The notes under the pieces were generated by a model, which saw only the letters and a list, made by a program, of their open reading frames with translations, was not told the origin of the DNA and made no database searches. A DNA stretch of 52,444 nucleotides, from the IMG/VR virus record IMGVR_UViG_3300036860_000446, positions 1 to 52,444 of that record; one strand, 5' to 3'. The position numbers were made by a program, and so were the translations under genes. Below, one piece after another: positions 43,278 to 52,444 of the stretch; position 1 is the stretch's first letter, and each line of letters begins with the position of its first letter. The stretch is from a virus (Duplodnaviria > Caudoviricetes).

Positions 43278-44333
43278 TTGCCTTTTGTCGGCGGGGGCGA
43301 CTTCCCTCAGACCGGAGCCAATCGGACGCGCGCCAACGCGCAGATCGAAATCTGTGAGTATATCGGCGGCACGGATGACGCGAAGGAGCTGCTACGTGCT
43401 GGGCACTCGTGGGACGCGGCGGTGCGGGAATTCAATTCCTGCCCATGGAAGTTCAACCGGATGACCCAGGACATCCCGCTGTCGTCTTCCATGCTGGACG
43501 CTTCGTCCGCTCCGACCGTCAGTCGCGATGCCGGAACTGGGGCCGGCTTCGTGCTGTCGTCGGGGCGGACGATTACCTACTGGGTCGAAGAGCGCGTCAA
43601 GGATGGCGAACAGATCACGAGGCGCAACGTCACGGCCTCCGCATCGCGGACCGTGACATTGACGGGAGATGGCACGACCGACAAGCCGGTCATCACGCGC
43701 CCGACAACCGTGAATGTCGAAACAACCCACTGGGCGCTGTTCGGGACCGCGACCAACGGAGCGTTTCCAGACGGGAATGAGATTGACGAGGTGGAGATCG
43801 CCACCACCACGATCGAAGACACCCGCACGGGCAACAATCCGGAGCACGCGACGGGCAATCCGTACTACGTCGGGAGCGGACTTCTGGAGGCGGAGTTCCG
43901 CAATCCGCGCGCGGCGAATCTCTTAGACGCCAACGGCCACGAGTGCTACGCGGTCGATTACCTACCATGGGAGGTATTTCAACGCCTGTTGGGGGATGAC
44001 CGCTCCACACCTTCCAACGTCCTCGAATACTACACGGTCAGAAACGCGCACGAGACCGGGCTGGTGATCTGGTATCCGCGCATCCTGCGGCCGGCGGCGT
44101 ACGCCGAGTTACGGATCGTGTACCACCGCCGGATCGCGTTGGCGACCGGAGACACCGACCGGCTCAACGTGCCGGTGGAGGTGGACGAGGCGATCTTCCA
44201 GCTTGCGGTTGCGCATCACATCGCCAAGAGCAAAGGCTTCATCGAGGCGTCGGCATCAAAGAAGCGGGCCGGGGAGATCCGGCTTCTCGTCGAAAGAGAT
44301 TGGCGAGATTTTCCGCCCAAAGATCCGGGGTAG
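43278..44333 (+). CDS. Head-tail adaptor B with an inserted beta domain
   Basis: CPWKFN near the N-terminus; YYTV...IWYP...LRIVYHRR...LNVP at the C-terminus; insert at 43506-43841. Confidence 0.65.
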   Translation: MPFVGGGDFPQTGANRTRANAQIEICEYIGGTDDAKELLRAGHSWDAAVREFNSCPWKFNRMTQDIPLSSSMLDASSAPTVSRDAGTGAGFVLSSGRTITYWVEERVKDGEQITRRNVTASASRTVTLTGDGTTDKPVITRPTTVNVETTHWALFGTATNGAFPDGNEIDEVEIATTTIEDTRTGNNPEHATGNPYYVGSGLLEAEFRNPRAANLLDANGHECYAVDYLPWEVFQRLLGDDRSTPSNVLEYYTVRNAHETGLVIWYPRILRPAAYAELRIVYHRRIALATGDTDRLNVPVEVDEAIFQLAVAHHIAKSKGFIEASASKKRAGEIRLLVERDWRDFPPKDPG

Positions 44334-44336
44334 ACC

Positions 44337-45428
44337 GTGGCCCAACTTGCCAAGCTGATATGGGTGGTGAGTAGCCGCGCAACTGGCAAGCCCATACGCG
44401 GCGCGACAGTCGAGGTGCGCAGCCAGGGCGCTCAGGTTAATGGCCTGCATGCTGGCTCGCAAACCTCCTTCACGGTAGATGCGCCGGGTGCCATTGCAGC
44501 CTCTGATGTCGTCGCGGTCGATGCCACCAGCGCCCCCACGCGCTCAGTTATCAGCATCGCCGCCACGAACGTCACGGTGGGTGGCGCTGGCTTCCTGGAC
44601 GTTGCAGACGACTCACGCCTGTCGGTTCTCACACCCAAGCCGACCATCTACAACGATTCCATCGGCAACGAGACCAAGCCTAATCCGCTGACCACCGATA
44701 TCAACGGATTGGTGGAGTGCTGGGTGCTGGGCGGCATGTACGACCTGCTGGTGACGGCGCTCGGCACCTCTACCCTCTACACCGATGTCGCCACAGTCGG
44801 TGGCGAGTCCATGCGTAGCAACATCTATGGCGGTGCTGGATTCGTTCGCGGCTGGAACTTCGACACGCTGCGTTCACTGGACACCGGAGATGCCGTGTTC
44901 CGAGTCGCTGAGGCGGGTACGGCACGCTTCACCATCTTCAAGGGTGGCGGGTTCACATCAGGCGGCACCAACGCCAGTACCATCAGCGGGCCGCTTACTG
45001 TCAACGGTCTGCTTACTCTCGCCGTGGGTATATCCGGCGATATCATCACGACTAGTGACATCAAAGGTCGCCGCATATACGGTGACAGGGGAACCGCTCT
45101 GGTTGTAGGGGACTTCTCTCTCAGCTCCGGGTGGGGTGACACGGCCACCGTCTCTCTCAACGATCCGGGTAATGAGTTCGACACGCGATGTATGGTGGCA
45201 GTCACGGCAAATGGCTCAGGCATCGGGACGAACCCAACGCTTACCGTCACTTGGAAGAATGGGGCCTTCTCAGATAAGCCTCGCGTGGTGGCAATGCGGA
45301 CGAATAGTACCGCGCCGAGTACGGCCTTTTGGGTGTCTAACCCAAGCGCGACCCAAGGCGTATTCGACTTCATCGGCACGCCGGTTGCGGGCAGCGTGTA
45401 TGGCCTTGTCTGGATAACGGTGGGCTGA
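44337..45428 (+). CDS. Tail fiber/spike protein 1
   Basis: TIYND..G..KPNPLTTD.NG head-binding-like motif; Gly/Thr-rich. Confidence 0.7.
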   Translation: MAQLAKLIWVVSSRATGKPIRGATVEVRSQGAQVNGLHAGSQTSFTVDAPGAIAASDVVAVDATSAPTRSVISIAATNVTVGGAGFLDVADDSRLSVLTPKPTIYNDSIGNETKPNPLTTDINGLVECWVLGGMYDLLVTALGTSTLYTDVATVGGESMRSNIYGGAGFVRGWNFDTLRSLDTGDAVFRVAEAGTARFTIFKGGGFTSGGTNASTISGPLTVNGLLTLAVGISGDIITTSDIKGRRIYGDRGTALVVGDFSLSSGWGDTATVSLNDPGNEFDTRCMVAVTANGSGIGTNPTLTVTWKNGAFSDKPRVVAMRTNSTAPSTAFWVSNPSATQGVFDFIGTPVAGSVYGLVWITVG

Positions 45429-47308
45429 TGCCGCAACTCGGGCGATTTGATTCCAGCTACCACGATCCCACCACGGGCCGCCCCCGTCGCAATATCTCCG
45501 TGCAGCTCTACCGCGAGGGCGCGACAGTTTCCGGGAATCAATCCGGTTCGTCTCCCTTTTCAATAAGCGTCAGGCATCGCGGCAAGATCGCCGCTGCCGA
45601 TTCCGTGTTCCTGGATACGACCACCGGCACAGAGTACACGGTGGACAGCGTCACGGCGACGACCGTTATAATCAGCGGCTTCGTCGGCACGCTCAACCTG
45701 ACGAACGGCCAGCGGCTCATCCCGTCCAACAATCTCCCGACGCTCTACAGCGACGACCAGGGCGGGGCGACGACACCGAATCCGCTGACCACTTCCGCGC
45801 TCGGCCGCGCCGCCTGCTCGATGGAGAACGGGGCTTATGAGGTGATCGCCGGAGGACTGCTGTTTTCGGCGCAGGTCATTGGAGGGGAAGCTCCGTCCGT
45901 TGTCTACAGTGGCGAGTCGGACGGTGCTTCCGCAATCGCGCACATCGAGGACACGCGCTTTTCGATGGCGACGGCTGGCGCGAAACTCAAGTCCTTTCGC
46001 AATCTTGGCACAGAGAAGGCCAGCATAGACAAGGACGGCACGGGAGTCTTCCCGCGTATCGGGCCAGTCAGTTCTACAACGGCCGGCGGGGCGCTCCGGA
46101 TAATTGACGGTGTGATGTTCCCTCTTACCGTCGCCGGGGTGCAGGCCGCCCTGGACGAGTGTGAAACGGTCGGCGGCGGGACCGTCAAGATCCCTTCTGC
46201 TGCCGGGATTGCCGTGACTTCTACGAGCGTCAAGATCCCCAATCGCGTGCGACTCTCCGGGCACGGTCAACAAGGTTCAACCGCCACCTTCATCGCCAGC
46301 GCATCAACTAACGTCTCCGCGATGGTGGAAAACAAGACCCAGGACGGAACGCAAGCCTACGCCTACATCGAGCACGTTCAAATTAATGGGAACAAATCCA
46401 GCGGGGCGCTCGTCACGGCCGGACTCTATCTTAAGAGCGTATACGTCGGATCGCGCATCAAGGACACGTTGGTCATCGGATGTAGCGGCAACGGGATCAA
46501 GCTGGACGGTGGGGCGGCGGCCGGTCTCGGGCAGATCGTCCTAGATAACATCATCGTCTCCACCTCTAACGATCACAACATCCTCATCACCGGCCCCGTC
46601 AGTCAGGTGTACGGGTTCCAGGTGGGGAGCGAAAGCGTCGCGGCTGGCAAGGCGCAAATCAAGATCACGAACGCCGCCGCCAGCGCCTCCTTCGGGCACA
46701 TCCTGATCGGCCTCAACTTCGAGGGCACGACGGCCGCGGATGGTCTGTGGCTAGACGGATGTAGCAATGTTCAGGTCTGCGGCATTGCAGACGATGGGAA
46801 CGGGTCGGCGCTCAACCTCATCAAAATCACAGGGAGCGTCGGCGGAAGCGATGGCGCGTTCGCGGCGGGCGGACACGTTATCCTTAACGCCAACGCCAAC
46901 CTGACGACGATCATCGACGACCAAGTCGCTGGCGTCACCGTCGGGAACGCGCAGGGACGGTTCGTTAGATGGTACTCGTCGCCTATTGCCAGCGCCACGC
47001 TGGATGCCTCGCAAATCGTCGGCTTGCAACCAGCGCGGAAGGGCGTTGCCATCACGGCGGCTGCCACGATTACACCCGTTCAAGGCAGCAGTTACTTTGT
47101 GGTCAACGGCAACACCGGCATCACGTCAATTACGGCCACGGCACGAGACAACGGCCGCATCATCGTGCTGCGCTTTTCCGGTACACCAACCATCACCGAT
47201 GGAAGCAACCTCATCATGGCGGGCAATCTGGTGGCGTCTGCCGATGACACGCTGACCATGGTGTGCGACGGCACGAACTGGGTTGAGATCGCTCGGTCGG
47301 TGAACTGA
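45428..47308 (+). CDS. Tailspike with pectate-lyase-like beta-helix
   Basis: N-terminus paralogous to 44337; VQAALD...GGGTVKIP...VRLSGHG; C-terminal DGTNWVEIARS. Confidence 0.8.
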   Translation: MPQLGRFDSSYHDPTTGRPRRNISVQLYREGATVSGNQSGSSPFSISVRHRGKIAAADSVFLDTTTGTEYTVDSVTATTVIISGFVGTLNLTNGQRLIPSNNLPTLYSDDQGGATTPNPLTTSALGRAACSMENGAYEVIAGGLLFSAQVIGGEAPSVVYSGESDGASAIAHIEDTRFSMATAGAKLKSFRNLGTEKASIDKDGTGVFPRIGPVSSTTAGGALRIIDGVMFPLTVAGVQAALDECETVGGGTVKIPSAAGIAVTSTSVKIPNRVRLSGHGQQGSTATFIASASTNVSAMVENKTQDGTQAYAYIEHVQINGNKSSGALVTAGLYLKSVYVGSRIKDTLVIGCSGNGIKLDGGAAAGLGQIVLDNIIVSTSNDHNILITGPVSQVYGFQVGSESVAAGKAQIKITNAAASASFGHILIGLNFEGTTAADGLWLDGCSNVQVCGIADDGNGSALNLIKITGSVGGSDGAFAAGGHVILNANANLTTIIDDQVAGVTVGNAQGRFVRWYSSPIASATLDASQIVGLQPARKGVAITAAATITPVQGSSYFVVNGNTGITSITATARDNGRIIVLRFSGTPTITDGSNLIMAGNLVASADDTLTMVCDGTNWVEIARSVN

Positions 47309-49197
47309 TGGCCCCCGTTTCTTTCGGCAACGGCCGTGTCGCCTCGAAGGACGCCTCAGCGATCGAAGATGGGGCACTCGTCACGGCGGAGGACTGCTAC
47401 TACAAGGCGAACAATCCGGCGCCCTGGAAGGCGCAGGGGCGCAGCGAGTTTAATTCCTCCGCAGAGGCGGGCAGCATCAAGGGGCTGCGGGCGCTGATCT
47501 ACGACGGCGCGACGGACGTGCTGGTGGCCCACGTCGGCACGACGTACCGCGAGGCGACACTTGCCGCGACCGGGACTTTCGGCGCTGCCGTGTCCGGCCT
47601 GACTGGCGGGACGACGCTGGACTCGATCCACTACAACAATGAGCACATCCTGTTGAACGGCGTGGATCGCGGCCGCGTGCGATCCTCTGCGGGCGTCTAC
47701 ACCCTGCTCGGCATGCTGGCAAACACGAGCGCGCCGACTGTTTCACGTGATGCCGGAGCTGGAACCGGCTTCACGCTCACGGCCTCCAGCACGATCAAGT
47801 ATTGGGTCGAAGAGCGGGTCAAGTCGGGCTTTACCATCCTCCGGCGGAACGCCTCCACAACCGCCGAAGTCGTCACGCTGACCGGGGACGGAACGCTTGA
47901 CAAGCCCGTAATCACGCGGCCCGCGACGGTCAACAGCGACGCCACGCATTGGGCTCTCTACGGAACGTCCACGGACGGGAGTTTCCCGACCGGAGCGGAG
48001 ATCGCCGAAGTCGCCATCGGCACCACAACCATTGAGGACACACGCACCGGAACGGACCCGGTCCTGCCTTCCGGCGACGATTACGAGATCGTCTCCGCGA
48101 CCATCGCCGGGTTGACCTTCAACGTCGCCAAGAACGGTCAGCCGCCGATCCTGCTCCAGGGCGATGTGTTCGAGGACGCCATTTGTGGATTTGACCAAGG
48201 CGATAAGTCGATCCTGCGGCACTCCTACACCGACAATATCCATGCCTGGCCATCGACGCACAAGATCCGTGCCGGGGACACGAAAGAGGAGGACGAGGGA
48301 ATCGCCTTCCGGACCGTCGGGTCGGTTGGCGTCGCCCTGCTCAGGGACTCGGCCGCCCGCATCAATGCGCTCCCGAAGCCGGAAGACCCGGCGTTCCAGC
48401 CAGAGCGCATCCGGATTCAAATCCCCGGAGCCCCGGGCTGCGTCGGGCCATTCGCCTGCGACGTGATCTCTCGCGGTGAAGGGTCCGAACTGGTCTATGT
48501 GTCGCCGGAGTCCTTGGTGGCGACAGACGGCTACGAGTGGGAGACGGTTGGCGGGGACCTCGACTGGCCCGCCGAGTTCACCTTGGCTTCGATGGCAACG
48601 GCCGTGCTCATAGACAACACGCACGAAGCCCGGCTCGAACTGACCGCGACGGCGGCGAACGGGAGCGTCTACGACTGGTATTTCCATTATCACCGATCGC
48701 ACCTCAAGCCGGCCATGGGCGGCGGGATTGCATTCAAGGTGACGGGGCCGATCAAGCGGGCATCCACCTGCAAAACGCGAGCGAAGCTCAACGGCGTGAC
48801 GCGCATCTTCTCCGGGCACACGAACGGGAAAGTGTATCTGGAGGCTGGACAGGTCACGGACGCATCCGGCACGACCATCGCCATGAAGGCGGAGACGAAG
48901 GACTACTACTTCGCCGGGATTGGGGCGAAGTCCAGGATGACGCGGCTCTACGTCCACCATCAGGCAGCACCTGGACAGACCGCGACCGTGACGGTCATCG
49001 CCAAGAACGCGAAGCAAGACGATGGCGAGACTCCGGAGCAACTGGACCTCACCCGCCGGGAGGCGACCCCCATCCGCTTCGACACCAATGCAGAGGGGCA
49101 TCGCTTCCGGTTCGAGAACTCCGACACGTCCGGGCCGGTTTCTCTGGACTACATGATTGCGGATATTGGCGAAGCCGACAAAGTGAGGGGCCAATGA
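47308..49197 (+). CDS. Tail nozzle / tail tubular B-like protein with an inserted beta domain
   Basis: 629 aa, beta-propeller-like; PGCVGP, ETKDYYF...RLYV; insert at 47728-48060. Confidence 0.65.
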   Translation: MAPVSFGNGRVASKDASAIEDGALVTAEDCYYKANNPAPWKAQGRSEFNSSAEAGSIKGLRALIYDGATDVLVAHVGTTYREATLAATGTFGAAVSGLTGGTTLDSIHYNNEHILLNGVDRGRVRSSAGVYTLLGMLANTSAPTVSRDAGAGTGFTLTASSTIKYWVEERVKSGFTILRRNASTTAEVVTLTGDGTLDKPVITRPATVNSDATHWALYGTSTDGSFPTGAEIAEVAIGTTTIEDTRTGTDPVLPSGDDYEIVSATIAGLTFNVAKNGQPPILLQGDVFEDAICGFDQGDKSILRHSYTDNIHAWPSTHKIRAGDTKEEDEGIAFRTVGSVGVALLRDSAARINALPKPEDPAFQPERIRIQIPGAPGCVGPFACDVISRGEGSELVYVSPESLVATDGYEWETVGGDLDWPAEFTLASMATAVLIDNTHEARLELTATAANGSVYDWYFHYHRSHLKPAMGGGIAFKVTGPIKRASTCKTRAKLNGVTRIFSGHTNGKVYLEAGQVTDASGTTIAMKAETKDYYFAGIGAKSRMTRLYVHHQAAPGQTATVTVIAKNAKQDDGETPEQLDLTRREATPIRFDTNAEGHRFRFENSDTSGPVSLDYMIADIGEADKVRGQ

Positions 49198-51083
49198 GTA
49201 TCCGCGCCTATCCAGGCGTTGACCCAGGCAAGTTCCCGTCTGGGGCGCAGCGTCAGATCATCACGACGATAGACGCAGCCCTGCGGTCGATTTCGGCGGG
49301 TCTGTCGCAGACGCAACCGACCAGCTCCACGCTCGCGGGTGGCGTTCCGGCGGCGTCTTTCGTCACGATCAACAACGATGCGGCGCTGGCGAATGAGCGG
49401 CGCCTGGTGGTGGTCTCCCCATTGTCTGGGACGGATGGTGGTCCCGGCGGGGCTTTCTCTCTGGCGCTGTCCACAACGGCGCTGGCGGCGCTTCTGGGAG
49501 GAACGCCTGCCAACACCTACGGCACGACGTTCCTTGCCGGGAGCGCGACGACGTTCGTGCGGACGGACGACCGGCTCAAGTTCCCGACTGCGCTAATGTC
49601 CGCAGCCAACAGCAGCCTTCTAACGCTCACCGATAATGCGACGGATCAGATACTCACGGGAAGCCTTGGCAATCTAAACATCAACCCAACGGTTGGCCTG
49701 ACGATCAATCTGGCGTCCAGCACAAGCGCACAATTGGTGATACGACCAGATTCTACGACCGCCGCATCTCTCGCTATGAGTGTTATCGGACAGGCGGTGG
49801 CGGGCAATCGCACGCTTCTCGCTCCAGGATGGCTGCAGCCGACATCCAGCGACATTTTCTCCAGTCAGACGTTCCGCTCATGGGACGTGAATTCGGTGCC
49901 AGGAGGCGGCCAGCATACCTCTGATACCTGGGTTGGCTACGACATATCATCCTATACGGTATCTCCGCATGCTGGCAGTGGCGCAGGCAACAAGGTCTAT
50001 GGCTTTCGTGGCGCGCCGGACTCACTGAGGATAGGAAACTCCAACGCGACCTACGACGCCATTGCGATGGCCTACTTTGCCGCTCCATCCCGCACATTCG
50101 GAGTCACGGCTACCTCCACGGTGAGCGCCGGTATCATCACGGAACCGGCCATCATCGGTGGCACGAAGCAAGTCGGCTTGTTGGTGCAGCAGCGCACGGC
50201 AGGTCAGACGGCCACCGATCGTCTCGGCATCGACATCGAGGCGCAGAACTCTGGCACGAATCGGTGGGGACTGCGTAGCGGTGATCGCTTGGAAATCAGC
50301 AGCCCGGCCGCTCGCGCCACGACGGTGCTCCTGTTGCATCAACTGGCGACGGGAGGGGTGGCCGGTGCGCATGTCAACTTTGACGATAAGGCAGGCGACC
50401 CGCCCGCTCCGGTTGCTGGCGACCTGTGGCGCAATGGCGACTCGCTTTGGTTCAGGCAGGCGGCAGCGAGTGTGGATTTGACGGCTGCCAGTGGCGCACC
50501 GACCACAGCTGAGTATGTGGTCGCTGTGGCCGATGCCGGTCTGAGCGCCGAGCGCGTGGCCACCGACACAGCCACCATCGACGTAGACATGGGCACCGCA
50601 GCGCAGGCCAAGTGGAACGTGATCGCGGACTCATCGGCCCAGCGTGTCACGGTGCGCAAGAACTCTGGGGCGGATGTCGGAACGCGCACGCGCTTGAATC
50701 TCATCGAGGGCAGCAATGTCACGATGACCGTGGCCGATGATGCGGGCAGCAATGAAGTGGACATCACCATCAACGCATCTGTGGCGGGCGGCGGGCTGAC
50801 GCTAACCGAGGTTGAGAAGGATCTGGGCACGCTGCCACGCTATGCCGACACCTTCGATATAACCGGGCTGGCTGGACTGACGGCCGGAAAGCAGGTGCTC
50901 ATCGTGCAAAAGGCTGGACCATATACAGGCAAGGGTGATCGCCAAGACGAGGCCGAAATGGATCAAGTATCCGCGACTGGCTATGTGGTCGATGCCAACA
51001 CAATCCGCGCCTACTGGGTATGCCAGCCCTATAGCGGCCCCATGTCGGGGAATGTCAAATTTGGCTATGCCGTAAGCGGGTAG
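49194..51083 (+). CDS. Tail fiber-like protein
   Basis: ATGA-coupled start MSIRAY; LANERRL/LSAERV repeats, PVAGDLWRNG, TRLNLIEGSNVT. Confidence 0.7.
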   Translation: MSIRAYPGVDPGKFPSGAQRQIITTIDAALRSISAGLSQTQPTSSTLAGGVPAASFVTINNDAALANERRLVVVSPLSGTDGGPGGAFSLALSTTALAALLGGTPANTYGTTFLAGSATTFVRTDDRLKFPTALMSAANSSLLTLTDNATDQILTGSLGNLNINPTVGLTINLASSTSAQLVIRPDSTTAASLAMSVIGQAVAGNRTLLAPGWLQPTSSDIFSSQTFRSWDVNSVPGGGQHTSDTWVGYDISSYTVSPHAGSGAGNKVYGFRGAPDSLRIGNSNATYDAIAMAYFAAPSRTFGVTATSTVSAGIITEPAIIGGTKQVGLLVQQRTAGQTATDRLGIDIEAQNSGTNRWGLRSGDRLEISSPAARATTVLLLHQLATGGVAGAHVNFDDKAGDPPAPVAGDLWRNGDSLWFRQAAASVDLTAASGAPTTAEYVVAVADAGLSAERVATDTATIDVDMGTAAQAKWNVIADSSAQRVTVRKNSGADVGTRTRLNLIEGSNVTMTVADDAGSNEVDITINASVAGGGLTLTEVEKDLGTLPRYADTFDITGLAGLTAGKQVLIVQKAGPYTGKGDRQDEAEMDQVSATGYVVDANTIRAYWVCQPYSGPMSGNVKFGYAVSG

Positions 51084-51091
51084 GAGGCTGA

Positions 51092-51781
51092 ATGGCCATC
51101 ATACAGAGCGGCGCGACTACTGACCTTCTGACCGTCGATCCAAACACCAAGGCGGCGCATGTGACGGCACGCCCAGTCGATCCGACTACTCTGGGGCACT
51201 ATCGCTTCTCAGTCGTTACTGGAACACTCGCCGCTGCACTTGCTGCCAATGCTATCGTATTCAGTTGCAGGTGGGGCAATGCCGCGAACCTGGCGCTTGT
51301 GACCAAGTTCCGCACTCGCTTCCTGCCGCTGACCCCATTTACGGCCGCAACGCTCACGGATCACACTTCATTCGATGCCGTTGTTGGCACATCATTCTCA
51401 GTGGCTCATACTGGTGGAACTGCTCTGACACTAACTGGCACAGCCTTGAAGATGCGCCAGAATATGGGTGCCACGCTATTCAGTGACATCCGCATTGCCA
51501 CAACCGCTGCGCTTGGCGGCGGCACAATCACCCTGACAGCCCACCCATTCTCGCAATCGATCCGCAAGGGTAATCGAGTCAATCCTGCGGCTGCCACTGA
51601 GGAAGTTATCATGCCTGCAATAGATGGACTCAATAGTGACTTCGATGTAGCGAGCGGTGAGTATCCACTTGTCTTGTCGCAGGATACAGGGATTGTAGTC
51701 CGAAATAGGACTGTTTGGCCAGCCGCCGGAACTGGCATCCTGCTTGTTGAAATGGTTTGGGCAGAGGTTGCATCCTACTAA
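51092..51781 (+). CDS. Tail-region structural protein
   Basis: 229 aa; AGGAGG RBS; YPLVLSQDTGIVVRN...WAEVASY. Confidence 0.65.
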   Translation: MAIIQSGATTDLLTVDPNTKAAHVTARPVDPTTLGHYRFSVVTGTLAAALAANAIVFSCRWGNAANLALVTKFRTRFLPLTPFTAATLTDHTSFDAVVGTSFSVAHTGGTALTLTGTALKMRQNMGATLFSDIRIATTAALGGGTITLTAHPFSQSIRKGNRVNPAAATEEVIMPAIDGLNSDFDVASGEYPLVLSQDTGIVVRNRTVWPAAGTGILLVEMVWAEVASY

Positions 51782-51791
51782 GGAGACTAAT

Positions 51792-52067
51792 ATGGCGAAA
51801 GCATTTGTGATGTTTTATAACGGTAACGTGCAGAATACCGACCCATTAACTATGACGATCTCGTTTCGCATGACACTTGGAGGACCAGACACTCCCACCA
51901 ATCCAGCTGTGGACTCAATAGAAGTTACGGCTGTCGATATACCGTTAAATGCCACACCGGCCCGGATAGCCAGAGCAGTTGTGGATCGCGCCATTGAGAG
52001 AGCACTTGACTTTAGCGTAACGCTAGACGATTCAGACGTAATATTCCAAGGGTTTGAGAGAGGCTAA
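51792..52067 (+). CDS. Hypothetical tail-region protein
   Basis: 91 aa from MAKAFVM; AAGGAG RBS. Confidence 0.6.
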   Translation: MAKAFVMFYNGNVQNTDPLTMTISFRMTLGGPDTPTNPAVDSIEVTAVDIPLNATPARIARAVVDRAIERALDFSVTLDDSDVIFQGFERG

Positions 52068-52444
52068 TGCCCAAAGCCGTGATGATGGAAGTCTACAGTC
52101 ACAACGCCGATCCTGCCGATTCAACGCAGGTTCAGGCGCTCGTCACGTTCCGCATACTCGGCGCGCCAAGCGATCTTGGCACGATAGATAGCACGGTCAC
52201 GATCATCAGCACCGACACCCCTGCCACCATCACCACGAAGATCCAGAACGCCGTCATCGCCCGCGCCGCAGAGTATGGTGTGGCTCTGGTTGACTCCGAT
52301 CTCATTCCAGTAACCTATGGCGTACCGCAGTCGCTCATGTCTCCCGCCAACTCCTCCACCCTGACCATGCTGGACGACGGTGTGGACCAGAGCATCACCG
52401 GCTCGCTCGGCAACCTGAAAATCTACCCGGCGTCCGTCAATCCG
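52067..52444 (+). CDS. Tail-region protein, runs off the right edge (not in the ORF track)
   Basis: MPKAVMMEVYSHNADP..., open to the end; similar to the 51792 product and to part of the 49194 product. Confidence 0.65.
   Translation, partial: MPKAVMMEVYSHNADPADSTQVQALVTFRILGAPSDLGTIDSTVTIISTDTPATITTKIQNAVIARAAEYGVALVDSDLIPVTYGVPQSLMSPANSSTLTMLDDGVDQSITGSLGNLKIYPASVNP

Noticed and set aside
43506-48060. Diversity-generating retroelement TR/VR pair
   Set aside because: Differences are not adenine-specific, both copies are coding, and no reverse transcriptase is present in the window
48537-49193. N-terminal 219 aa of the 848-aa track ORF
   Set aside because: Arg-rich off-frame read of the nozzle gene; the likely start is the coupled ATG at 49194

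Overview
The whole window is tailed-phage (Caudoviricetes) DNA. I found no bacterial housekeeping genes, integrase, CRISPR array or canonical tRNA. It holds two different packaging/head/tail modules pointing away from each other. Module A (minus strand, ~1-15.0 kb): TerS-like, TerL, portal overlapped by an endonuclease VII, scaffold, Mu-gpT-like major capsid protein, neck/tail genes and two large signal-peptide beta-helix proteins. Module B (plus strand, ~32.0-52.4 kb): TerS, TerL, portal, scaffold, N4-gp56-like major capsid protein, GT2-like glycosyltransferase, adaptor, tailspikes and nozzle. Between them is a G-rich plus-strand early/middle region (15.4-29.2 kb). It carries many microproteins, a triple ribbon-helix-helix operon beside an origin-like repeat tract, a phiEco32-type peptide-ligase set (amidoligase, class II glutamine amidotransferase, COOH-NH2 ligase), a Cas4-like nuclease/Sak4-like ATPase/SSB cluster, and several structured non-coding RNA candidates including a tRNA-like element. 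A 17-bp motif ties this region to module A. Sequence style changes near 29.2 kb, where a Cys-rich microgene/RusA cluster probably belonging to phage B begins without a visible seam. From sequence alone I cannot tell whether this is a two-capsid genome, a natural hybrid or tandem prophages, or an assembly chimera. All family calls come from motif recognition by eye, not database searches.
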